Assembly (NCBI GenBank): GCA_030040965.1
Contig: JASHOT010000280.1
Coordinates: forward strand, 9,420-73,419
Direction of reading: 5' to 3'
DNA: 64,000 bases
DNA from: Candidatus Sulfotelmatobacter sp.
GTDB lineage: Bacteria > Acidobacteriota > Terriglobia > Terriglobales > Acidobacteriaceae
The notes under the pieces: model-generated
What the model saw: only the letters and a program-made list of their open reading frames with translations
The model's database searches: none
Told to the model about the DNA's origin: nothing
Made by a program: the position numbers and the translations under genes
Shown here: positions 45,216 to 54,234 of the stretch, piece after piece
Layout: every line of letters begins with the position of its first letter
Numbering within the stretch: the first letter of the stretch is position 1

Positions 45216-47024
45216 TTAAGTAATGCTCACTTCGGTATAGGTTCCATGCACCTGCCGCAGCGCTTCGCAGATTTCCCCAACTGTTGCATAAGCGCGGACA
45301 GCTTCAATGATGCGTGGCATCGTGTTGGCGGGCGAAATCTTGCCGTTCGACTCTGCTTTCGGTTCCTGTGCCGCGGCTTTTTTCAGCGCATCAAGCGTGC
45401 GGCGTACGTCATCGTTTGAACGGCGGGCACGTAGCGCCTTCAGCTTTGCCGACTGCTGACGTGCGACGGCTTCGTCGATGTAGAGAATCTGTGGCGGTTC
45501 TTCCTCGATCGCAAACTCGTTCACGCCGACGATAATTTTTTCTTTCGCTTCAACTGCACGCTGATATAGATACGCCGCTTCAGCAATTTCCTTCTGCGGA
45601 TACCCACGCTCGATGGCCTTCACCATACCGCCCATCGCATCCATTTTGCTGAAATAATCGAAGGTGCCCGATTCCATCTGCAGGGTTTGATTTTCCACGA
45701 AGTATGATCCGCCCAAGGGATCGACGGTCTGCGTTGCGCCCGATTCATAGGCGATAATCTGCTGCGTACGCAGCGCAATGCGGGCCGCTTCCTCGGTGGG
45801 CAGGGCAAGTGCTTCGTCATAAGAATCGGTGTGCAGCGACTGCGTGCCGCCGAGCACGGCCGCCAGTGCCTGCAGCGCGACACGCGCGATGTTGTTCATC
45901 GGCTGTTGTGCGGGCAGGGACACTCCTGCCGTCTGGGTATGGAAGCGCATCAGCCAGGTTCGCTGGTTCTTCGCGCCGAAGCGGGTCTTCATAACTTGCC
46001 CCCAAACCTTTCGGGCAGCGCGGTACTTCGCGATCTCCTCGAAGAAATCATTATGGGCGTTGAAGAAAAAGCTGAGCCGTGGACCAAATTCGTCTATGTC
46101 GAGCCCGCGACGCCGAGCCCATTCGACATATTCGACGCCGTCATACAACGTGAACGCCAGCTCCTGCAGCGCGGTCGAACCTGCTTCGCGAATGTGATAT
46201 CCGCTGATCGAAATGGTGTTGAATCGCGGCGTGAATTTCGATCCAAATTCGAAGGTGTCGACCACCAGCCGCATCGAGGGAGCCGGGGGATAGATATATT
46301 CCTTCTGCGCGATGTATTCCTTGAGAATGTCATTTTGAATCGTGCCGGAAATCTTCTTCCAGTCCGCGCCCTGCTGTTCCGCAACCACCAGATACATGGC
46401 CCACAACACAGACGCCGGCGAGTTGATGGTCATCGATACCGTCGTTTTCTCGAGATCGATGCCGCCGAAAAGAATTTCCATATCCTCGAGCGAATCGATC
46501 GCGACGCCGCACTTGCCGACCTCGCCTTCGCTCGCAGGATGATCGGAGTCGTAACCCATCAATGTGGGCAAATCGAACGCCACAGAAAGCCCGCTGCCGC
46601 CATGCTCGAGAAGATATTTATAACGGCGATTTGTTTCTTCCGGTGAAGCAAATCCGGAAAACTGGCGCATGGTGAAAAGCTTGCCGCGATATCCGGTGGC
46701 GTGAATGCCGCGCGTGAAGGGCGCCTGCCCGGGATAGCCGAGATAATTCTCTTCGGTCCAGTCCGCTGGCAGATCGGCTTGCGTGTAGAGTCGTCGAATC
46801 GGAACGCCGGAAATTGTTGTGAAACGTGCCTGGCCGTGCTCATCGAGATTTATCCCGCTGGGTGCGCCGATCGGCCGCTCGGGATTTTTTTCCAGCGTAG
46901 GCGCAAGGGTTTTTTCAGCCCACTTCTTTTCCGCTTCCGTCGGACGACGATTTTCGAAAACGTCAGCGATCGGACTCTCGGCAACTCGCGGTGTCTTGGA
47001 AACTGTTGGCGGCTTTTTCTCCAT
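45216..47024 (-). CDS. methylmalonyl-CoA-mutase-family acyl-CoA mutase, large catalytic subunit without fused B12-binding domain
   Basis: [23 protein letters not shown] and a colinear MCM barrel. Ends ...[22 protein letters not shown], as split-type large subunits do. Start set at MEKKPP (47024). Confidence 0.85.
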   Translation of the reverse strand: MEKKPPTVSKTPRVAESPIADVFENRRPTEAEKKWAEKTLAPTLEKNPERPIGAPSGINLDEHGQARFTTISGVPIRRLYTQADLPADWTEENYLGYPGQAPFTRGIHATGYRGKLFTMRQFSGFASPEETNRRYKYLLEHGGSGLSVAFDLPTLMGYDSDHPASEGEVGKCGVAIDSLEDMEILFGGIDLEKTTVSMTINSPASVLWAMYLVVAEQQGADWKKISGTIQNDILKEYIAQKEYIYPPAPSMRLVVDTFEFGSKFTPRFNTISISGYHIREAGSTALQELAFTLYDGVEYVEWARRRGLDIDEFGPRLSFFFNAHNDFFEEIAKYRAARKVWGQVMKTRFGAKNQRTWLMRFHTQTAGVSLPAQQPMNNIARVALQALAAVLGGTQSLHTDSYDEALALPTEEAARIALRTQQIIAYESGATQTVDPLGGSYFVENQTLQMESGTFDYFSKMDAMGGMVKAIERGYPQKEIAEAAYLYQRAVEAKEKIIVGVNEFAIEEEPPQILYIDEAVARQQSAKLKALRARRSNDDVRRTLDALKKAAAQEPKAESNGKISPANTMPRIIEAVRAYATVGEICEALRQVHGTYTEVSIT

Positions 47025-47229
47025 GCGAACCCCGGTTCTGATTCGATGATAGGGAAGCGCGGGCGCGGGAGCAAGGTCACAGCCGGCTCTCAAAACGACC
47101 GGTCGGTCTGAGTCAGGTGACACCCAGCTGCCATGAATCGCTACCCTCCCACCGTCCGTGAGGGCGAATATTTGTCCTCCGATGGTATGCTGTAAGGCGT
47201 TTTTTGCAGGCCGACGCGATTCCACTGCA

Positions 47230-48407
47230 ATGAAAAAAGTCTCGCCGCTTCGGTTTTGCTTCTAGCTTCTCTTGCGACCGTCAACTGCGGAAGCGGAGGC
47301 GGAGGGAGCACCCAGTCCGAGCAGACGACTCAACCGAATTCTCCGCCCGGCGTTAGCTACTCTATGGTGACCTTACCGTCGGGTGGCTATCATTCGGGCT
47401 CGCTGGCGATTGCCGATTTTAATGGCGACGGAAAACCCGACATAGCCGTGTCGAATTTTTATTCGGGTACGATTTCAGTTTTTCTGAATCAAGGTGGTGG
47501 GCAGTTTTCGTCCCCGGTGGTGACCACGTTGCAGATCCCCAATACCGCGGGCGGGATCGCGGTCGGCGATTTCAACCAGGACGGCCGGCCGGATCTGATT
47601 GTGGCTACGGTTGCGGGAGACCAGGTAGATCTTGTGCTTCTCGGAAATGGCGATGGGACATTTACCCAGGTCGCCCCCATTCCAAACTCCTTTGGCTTTT
47701 CAAAAGGTCTGGTTGCGGATTTTAACGGCGACAAGCACCTGGATTTCGTGGGATGCAGCAACGGCAACATCAGCATCGCGCTCGGGAATGGCGACGGTAC
47801 GTTCCAGCCAGTGAGCTATCTTCCTGCCGGGCCGTCTCCAAACTCATACTTCGGATGTGCGGCGGCAGATTTCAACGGCGATGGAAAACTCGACGTGTTG
47901 GGAGCGGATTTTACAAATGATCCCGACCTGATTTTTTATGCAGGGAACGGAGATGGCACGTTCCAGGGTGGGCTTGTAATTGCCTCGGGCAATGACGAAC
48001 CGACTTCGATATCGACGGCTGACTTTGGCACCGGCACGATGGACATCCTAGTGGGCTTTGAATCGGGAGCGGCGTCCTATCTGTCGGGCAATGGCGATGG
48101 CGGGTTCAGTGGGTCCAGCGGCTTCGCATCTGGCTCCAGCAACAATTTGGGCGCAACGGTTTTGGCCGTAGATCTTAACAACGACGACAAGATCGATGCC
48201 GTGGCTAGCAGTTACTCCGTCGGCACCTTGCAACTCGTGCTCAACTCAAGCGGCAGTGGCTTCCAAGCCTCCACGTCCTACAATTACGGGCTGGCCGCAG
48301 GCTTAGCGGATGTGGCTACCGGGGATTTCAACGGAGACGGGTTGCCTGATGTTGTTGTTGTGAACAGCCAAACCAACCAGGTTACCGTGCTCCTTTCGCA
48401 GAAATAA
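47230..48407 (+). CDS. FG-GAP/VCBS-repeat lipoprotein; the ATG is out of frame with the body through an A6 tract
   Basis: Repeats of DFNGDGK.D. With A7 instead of A6 after the ATG, the N-terminus reads [26 protein letters not shown] (ideal lipobox). The track ORF begins at TTG 47256. Confidence 0.7.
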
Positions 48408-48423
48408 TCCCATCAGGTCCGGC

Positions 48424-48543
48424 TTATCTCCCTGCCTTCGCACATTTCCACGATACGTAGCCGGCATGGTAGAGAAGCGCAGCCCTGCGCGGCCATCGAG
48501 AAATCCAAGGCTGGTGAGAATAGTTGCAGATAAAGGTTGGCAG
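48424..48543 (-). pseudogene. remnant of a GT2 gene 3' end (duplicate of 49725-49865)
   Basis: Translates to ...LPTFICNYSHQPWISRWPRRAALLYHAGYVSWKCAKAGR. The intact gene reads LLTFIYNYFIRLGFLDGREGLLLHMYHAGYVSWKYAKAWE. Nucleotide similarity is visible over ~120 bp. Confidence 0.55.
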
Positions 48544-48554
48544 CGAGCGCCTAG

Positions 48555-49682
48555 TTAATTGCCATCCACAAGCCGGAATCGTATGGCTCGAGTCAACTCC
48601 GGCGACCACAGGGCGAGATGTTGCCGGAGATCGCGATGATTGATTTCATCGGCGGCTACATTGTAACGAGCCAACAGCTCGCGCGGATCAAGCATGCAGT
48701 CGATCAGCACCTTGCGGCCGTAGCGTTTTTCGACGATGACCGCCATCTTATAGCCCACGGTGTACCAAGGACCTTGCTCTCCGAAAAATGTGTATCCTTT
48801 TTCGTCGATTTTGTCCTTGCTCGCCAAAGTTCCATTGATCACATCCAGAAAAAACTCCTGCAGCGATGCGAGGTCTTGATTGAAATTTGCCATGTCGTGC
48901 TTCCAGCGCGCCTGATCCTGGGAGGAACTCGTCGCCTGCGGATCGACATCCGGACCACCGGCCGCCGCCAGCATAGCGAAGCCTTCGCCGAAAGCGCCCA
49001 TCCAGTCGACTGCAGGCTTCACGTTCGTCGGCAAGTCTTTTTGCCGCTCCTCCGCGAGCGGCCCTACGCTGGAGAAGCCAATGTGATGCAACTCATGCGC
49101 CACAGTGTTCTCAAAATTTGCTGCGGACTCCTCGGGATCGAGATAGAGGAAGATCGTCGGATCCGTTTGAGTATCGAATACAAAACTGTTCGTCTTGGGC
49201 TTGATGACCGGAAAAACTTTGGCTTTGATGACGGCGTGTTCTGGCAGGTAGCTGAGATCCCGGCGCGCGGAAGCGATCAGATCTTTTTGCTTCCATGCAT
49301 CGAGCGTTTGACGCAGCGCAGAATTCTTTGACAACAATTCAGGAGAAAGCACAAATTTCTTAAAATCGTCGTCGGTGAAGTCGCGGTGCATGCTGGCTTC
49401 GCGCTTTTTCAGGCGAACGTAAGGTTCGGTGGCAAAAAGATTCTGCCAATCGGCATCTGTGATGGCGGTTCCAGCAGAACGCTTGTCGAGAATCGCGAGT
49501 ACCGCCTCGGCTTCGCTCGTATCGAGGCGTAGCGCGATGCGGCTGGCATTGTCGGATGGCACTTGTGCATCGAGCGAAGCCAGCGACGATAGGAGCGCGA
49601 ATGAGATAGCGATGACAAAGCGGGATATGGACACAAACCCTCCTGCAAGCTTGGACGACGCAAGGTGTCTAGAGGTGAGCAC
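48555..49682 (-). CDS. secreted putative zinc metalloprotease (HExxH; DUF5700-like)
   Basis: Signal-like N-terminus ISRFVIAISFALLSSLASLDAQ. HELHH motif. Alternative GTG start at 49634 behind AGGAGG. Confidence 0.65.
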   Translation of the reverse strand: MLTSRHLASSKLAGGFVSISRFVIAISFALLSSLASLDAQVPSDNASRIALRLDTSEAEAVLAILDKRSAGTAITDADWQNLFATEPYVRLKKREASMHRDFTDDDFKKFVLSPELLSKNSALRQTLDAWKQKDLIASARRDLSYLPEHAVIKAKVFPVIKPKTNSFVFDTQTDPTIFLYLDPEESAANFENTVAHELHHIGFSSVGPLAEERQKDLPTNVKPAVDWMGAFGEGFAMLAAAGGPDVDPQATSSSQDQARWKHDMANFNQDLASLQEFFLDVINGTLASKDKIDEKGYTFFGEQGPWYTVGYKMAVIVEKRYGRKVLIDCMLDPRELLARYNVAADEINHRDLRQHLALWSPELTRAIRFRLVDGN

Positions 49683-49724
49683 ACAGAGTTACACGGCAGT
49701 TGAAGCCGTTTCCGATGACGAACA

Positions 49725-50498
49725 TCACGAATCCCGCTTGCGGCTCATCTCCCACGCCTTCGCGTATTTCCACGATACGTATCCGGCATGGTACATGTGC
49801 AGGAGCAATCCCTCGCGGCCATCGAGAAATCCGAGGCGAATGAAATAGTTATAGATAAATGTTAAAAGTGGCCGAAAAACGATGTCGGACAAGCTAAAAG
49901 TCGTGTGCCCTTTGCCCACGGCCAACTTCGCGCCAAGAGACGAATAGCGATTCATGTGGCCGAGATACAGCGTGAGATTGGGATATGTGTAATGCACAAT
50001 CGCGTTTTCAAACTGCTTTGTCGTCTGGGGGATGTCGGGCTTCAGGTCGCAACGATCATGCGGATCGTGCCCGGCCACAAATCCCTGGCCGCGACGAAAC
50101 AATCGCAGCTTGGGATCGGGATAAAAGCCGCCATGCTTCATCCACCGGCCGAGGAACAAGTTCTTGCGCGGCAGCCAATAGCCGCTCGCAGCGTTGGGGT
50201 CGGCAATGGCCGCACGTATCTCCTGGGCCAGCCCCGGGCTGATCTCCTCGTCGGCATCGAGCAGCAGCGTCCAATCCTTCGTACATAAATCGAGGGCGTA
50301 TTGCTTTTGCGCGACGTATCCGCGCCAGGGCTCAACGATTACACGCGCTTTGTACTCTCGCGCGATTTCGCAGGTGCGATCTTTAGAGCCGGAATCGACC
50401 AGCACAATTTCATCAGCCCAACTCACGCTCGCGAGAGTGCGGCTGATATTTGCTTCCTCGTCCATCGCTACAATGGCCACGGAAAGTGTCATAACCAT
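49725..50498 (-). CDS. family-2 glycosyltransferase (LPS-core/WaaE-like)
   Basis: VAIVAMDEE..., VDSGSKDRT and LDADE motifs. The ATG overlaps the upstream gene stop (ATGA). Confidence 0.8.
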   Translation of the reverse strand: MVMTLSVAIVAMDEEANISRTLASVSWADEIVLVDSGSKDRTCEIAREYKARVIVEPWRGYVAQKQYALDLCTKDWTLLLDADEEISPGLAQEIRAAIADPNAASGYWLPRKNLFLGRWMKHGGFYPDPKLRLFRRGQGFVAGHDPHDRCDLKPDIPQTTKQFENAIVHYTYPNLTLYLGHMNRYSSLGAKLAVGKGHTTFSLSDIVFRPLLTFIYNYFIRLGFLDGREGLLLHMYHAGYVSWKYAKAWEMSRKRDS

Positions 50499-51811
50499 CA
50501 GTCGGATGTTCCGAGTTGCGAGTCGCGAATTCTAATTCTCATCTCCGAAAACACAAACATGATCAGCACCAGCAACTCCGGCTCCATCGGGTGTCGATAG
50601 CGCGCGTGCGGGAACACGAAATAATAAACGGCCGGATACGCAATAATCAGCCACGCGAAAAGCGATGCCCCGGGCCGCTTCTGCCGTAATGCCCGAACCA
50701 ATCCCCAGATCGCCAGCACCGACGTGGCGAGAAATGCCGAACTGCGAAAGTCGATCCAGCCGACGCTGCTGGTCGGGCGCGGTACTCCATTCCAGAAGTA
50801 AAAGAAGCGCTTCATGCTGATTACGGCGAGACGCCCGGGATTCGCACGAATCCAGTCGAACGCGCTGCGTTTGCACTCGGCCGCATAGGCGAGTTCTCCC
50901 ATGTGCTGAAATTTCCCGAGTTCAATCTTATTCAGATTCGGCTGCAGGTAAGGCATTAGCATGCCATCCGCGTAAGGCCCGTTGCCCAGGCGAAACTGCA
51001 AGCCAAAATCATCGCGGATGAAAACGAAGTGTCCAAAGACTTCATAATTGCGAATCAACCACGGCGCCAGAACTGCAAAAAACGTAACCGATGACAGAAT
51101 CACGCCGGCCAGCGACGCAAGCCCGTTGCGATATCGTTGACGCCAGATCCACAAACCGCAGACGGGAAGAAACATCAACATGGTCGGATTGGCCAGCGCA
51201 CCCACGCCGTACAAGGCACCGAATAGTATCCAGCCGCTGAGGCCCGGCCAATCGACCAATTCGAGAGCGAGAAGAAACGTACACGCAAGCACCAGGGGAG
51301 TGAAAGTCGTATCCCAAATCCAATGGATCGACCAATACCACACATAGGGATTCAATGCCCAACCGTATGACGACCACAATGCGACCCGCTCACCGAAAGT
51401 CCTGTGGGCAATCCAGAAAATCGGGATCGTGGTCAAAGCAGCAAGCAAGCTGTTGACCGCGAGAAGTACCCAGGCCGATGTCAGGCTGTAAATTCCGAAT
51501 ATTTTGAAAACGCCGCCAATCAGGTACGGATACAGCGGAGGCTCCCAGGCCGAAGGCCCCGTGTTGCCTTCGTACGGGCTGCTGAATCCTTGCCCTTCGG
51601 CAATCGAGCGTCCGATGCGTCCCATCTCGAAGCCAAAGCCGAAGTGATCGTCTCCCGTCCGCATCCGATATTGATGGAAGATGCCGATCGCCCCCAATTG
51701 CAGCACGAAAGACAGAGGCAAAAGCCAGAGAAAAGATTTCGGCAGGGAAGGTCGCGCAACTCTCGCCATTGCGCGATAGTTTAACAGGCAAAACGCAACG
51801 TGGCTCTCCAC
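50498..51811 (-). CDS. GT-C-fold membrane glycosyltransferase (ArnT/PMT-like)
   Basis: Polytopic membrane protein whose N-terminal loop carries DDHFGFGFEMGRIGRSIAEGQGF.... Typical ArnT-like topology. GTG at 51811 or ATG at 51769. Confidence 0.65.
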   Translation of the reverse strand: MESHVAFCLLNYRAMARVARPSLPKSFLWLLPLSFVLQLGAIGIFHQYRMRTGDDHFGFGFEMGRIGRSIAEGQGFSSPYEGNTGPSAWEPPLYPYLIGGVFKIFGIYSLTSAWVLLAVNSLLAALTTIPIFWIAHRTFGERVALWSSYGWALNPYVWYWSIHWIWDTTFTPLVLACTFLLALELVDWPGLSGWILFGALYGVGALANPTMLMFLPVCGLWIWRQRYRNGLASLAGVILSSVTFFAVLAPWLIRNYEVFGHFVFIRDDFGLQFRLGNGPYADGMLMPYLQPNLNKIELGKFQHMGELAYAAECKRSAFDWIRANPGRLAVISMKRFFYFWNGVPRPTSSVGWIDFRSSAFLATSVLAIWGLVRALRQKRPGASLFAWLIIAYPAVYYFVFPHARYRHPMEPELLVLIMFVFSEMRIRIRDSQLGTSD

Positions 51812-51845
51812 CTAGCTGAATGTCCTCGGAATCGATCGATTGGGA

Positions 51846-53942
51846 TTACATCTGACCACCTTGTGCAGACGGCGATCCGGTGCTCGACGGCTCGACGGGA
51901 GCGACATCCTGTCGTGGCACGACATAGGGTACATTGGGCAGGCGTTTGACCTCGCCGCGAGTGGCGTCGGCAACATCGATTCCGGCATGGTCGAGCAACA
52001 AACCGGTGGCGCGGTCAAGTTCAATGCGCGATTTCTCGTAGGCTGCCTTGGCAGAGACCAGATTCGATTCGCCCGTGGTGAGCGTAGCGGCATCCTGCAG
52101 AATCGTAACCTGCGTGGTGAGTCCGACTTTCAACTTTTGTTGATCGGCATTTAAAGTTTGACGCGCGAAGTCGACGGCAGCCTGCGCGGCTTCAACGGCA
52201 GCGCGATTCTGCCGGACGTCGAATTGCGCATTCCGCACTTCGATGCGCACCTGATTTTCCAGTTGCTGTAGTCGTACCTGGGCCTGGCGATATTCCAAAT
52301 CAGCGCGCACCTGATTGGCCTGGGCCGCACGATTGCGCAAGGGAATTGTCAGCGAGACCCCCAAGCCCTTGTCGGGAGCTGTGGAGTTGACGAGCTGATT
52401 CAGCGTTGCTCCATAGCCGACCGAATAGGCATGCTGAAAAGGCGGCGGCGCAGTCGATTGCGTAAAGCAGTAGGTTGCAGTGCTGGGGCAGTTCGGGAGC
52501 AAAGAATTCACATCCCCACCCACCCCCGATCCGCCGTAGTACGCAAACGCCTGCAGCGACGGCAAGAGATCGTTGCGCACCGCCTTGGCGCTCAGATCGC
52601 GCGAGTTGAGATCGATACGCGATTCCACCAGCTCGGCACGATGATTGAGCGCCTGACTGATAAGATCCTGAATGGGAATCACCGGTTCTTGCTCCGGCAG
52701 CTGCATCGTAGAGGTGGGAATTACGTCGGCTTCCGCGAGAATCGGGTCTTCGATGCTGCGACTCACTGCGTTCTTCATCAGCAGCTGCTCCAGTTGCAGA
52801 TTGTTCTGAGACAGAATCAGATTCTGCTGATCGGTTGCGACCGTGCTCTGCGCGCTCACGACCTGAATCGGCGGAGCCGTTCCTACCTGGGCCTGACGTT
52901 TCGCGTCGTCGAGAGCTTTCTGTGCGTAGGCGAGAGCCTCCTGCTGCACTCTGACGTTTTCGTATGCATATACCAGATCCCAATACATGTCCTCAATCTG
53001 ATCGACGGTGGTGATTACCTGCAGTCGGAACGCAACGTCAGTGATTTCACGGTTATTCTTTGCGATGCGAATAAACCGCAAGTTGGGCAGCGACCCAAAG
53101 CCTTGCAACAGATTCTGCGTCAGGCGGAACTGAAAGGCGGAATTGATCAGCGGGGTAATTTCTGAGGTCGGCAGGTTTGAGGTGACATGGTTGTTGTTAA
53201 ACGCCGCGGTCAACGATGTGCCCCATTCAAATCCCTGGGTATAGGCGAAGTTTGCGGTGTAGGTGTTCGTGCTCGCGACGGGCACAGGACTGAACAGGCT
53301 CGTCGATTCCGTCTGGTTCCTATCCAACTGCAGCGTGCTGGTGATCTGCGGATCGAATGCAGTGATCGGCGCGCCGATGCCCAGCGTTGAACTGACCAAG
53401 CCATTCGTGCCCGTACCGATGCCGCTTGCGGCGACCGTGGTGCCTCCAGTGCCGGAGCCGACGGTGCCGCCAAGTCCGCCCACGCCGCCGCCGGGCGTAT
53501 TCTGCACGATCCCGGCATTGACGCCGAGAATGCTGGCGCCCGATTTCGCTCGCAGAAGGTCGGTCGCCGCGATGTTCAGATTGTAGCGGGCAAGATCAAT
53601 ATCGAGATTGTTCTCGAGCGCCAGCGCGATTGCGTCGTCAATAGAGAGATAGATTTTTCCGTCATGCATCAACGAATCGATACGCGACGAGTTGCCCAGG
53701 TTGGGTGGAGGGACTTCCTGGGCGGAATAAGGCCGGAGAATGTGCGGAAAGGCCGGCCGTGGAACGGAATAATCTTGAAAAGTGGCGCCGCGTTGTGCCG
53801 GCTGTGGCGCCGGCGGAGGCACAGACTGTGCCGTTGAAGCCGGCTGCTGTGCTTCAACAAGAATGGGAGTGGTCAAAATCAGAGCGGCGAACGCGACAAC
53901 TTGCGCAAGACGCTCGGCAGAACGCAAACGCGGCAAAAGCAT
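51846..53942 (-). CDS. TolC-family outer-membrane channel protein, long form (698 aa) with Gly-rich insertion
   Basis: Signal peptide. LSIDDAIALALENNLDIDLARYN is a typical OEP N-terminus, and a two-fold OEP repeat is present. Insertion NTPGGGVGGLGGTVGSGTGGTT.... Confidence 0.8.
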   Translation of the reverse strand: MLLPRLRSAERLAQVVAFAALILTTPILVEAQQPASTAQSVPPPAPQPAQRGATFQDYSVPRPAFPHILRPYSAQEVPPPNLGNSSRIDSLMHDGKIYLSIDDAIALALENNLDIDLARYNLNIAATDLLRAKSGASILGVNAGIVQNTPGGGVGGLGGTVGSGTGGTTVAASGIGTGTNGLVSSTLGIGAPITAFDPQITSTLQLDRNQTESTSLFSPVPVASTNTYTANFAYTQGFEWGTSLTAAFNNNHVTSNLPTSEITPLINSAFQFRLTQNLLQGFGSLPNLRFIRIAKNNREITDVAFRLQVITTVDQIEDMYWDLVYAYENVRVQQEALAYAQKALDDAKRQAQVGTAPPIQVVSAQSTVATDQQNLILSQNNLQLEQLLMKNAVSRSIEDPILAEADVIPTSTMQLPEQEPVIPIQDLISQALNHRAELVESRIDLNSRDLSAKAVRNDLLPSLQAFAYYGGSGVGGDVNSLLPNCPSTATYCFTQSTAPPPFQHAYSVGYGATLNQLVNSTAPDKGLGVSLTIPLRNRAAQANQVRADLEYRQAQVRLQQLENQVRIEVRNAQFDVRQNRAAVEAAQAAVDFARQTLNADQQKLKVGLTTQVTILQDAATLTTGESNLVSAKAAYEKSRIELDRATGLLLDHAGIDVADATRGEVKRLPNVPYVVPRQDVAPVEPSSTGSPSAQGGQM

Positions 53943-54153
53943 GATTGTTCTCCTGATTGAAGGACGATGCTGCTCATTTTTTGACGGCCGGACTGCTCAA
54001 CGGTTTCTGTATTACGCTGCCCAATGCCAACAAAGGAATCTTCCATCTTAGCGAGAGAAGTTTCACGAAAGCCGGGAGGGATTGTAAAGAATTGTTGAGA
54101 CGGCACACCGAGGTAAGGGCATGGCCCGTTCGCAAGATTCTCCCAAAAGAATT

Positions 54154-54177
54154 GGCGCGGCGTTGTTAGCCCGCGCC
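54154..54177 (-). terminator. hairpin GGCGCGG-N10-CCGCGCC flanked by T/A runs, after the upstream TolC gene
   Basis: On the minus strand the stem is followed by AATTCTTTTGGG. Located 58 nt after the 54235 stop. Confidence 0.45.
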
Positions 54178-54234
54178 TTTTCGAGTACAGAGTCTCGACA
54201 TGCAGCGATAGTGCGACTGCCTGTATGCCCGTCG

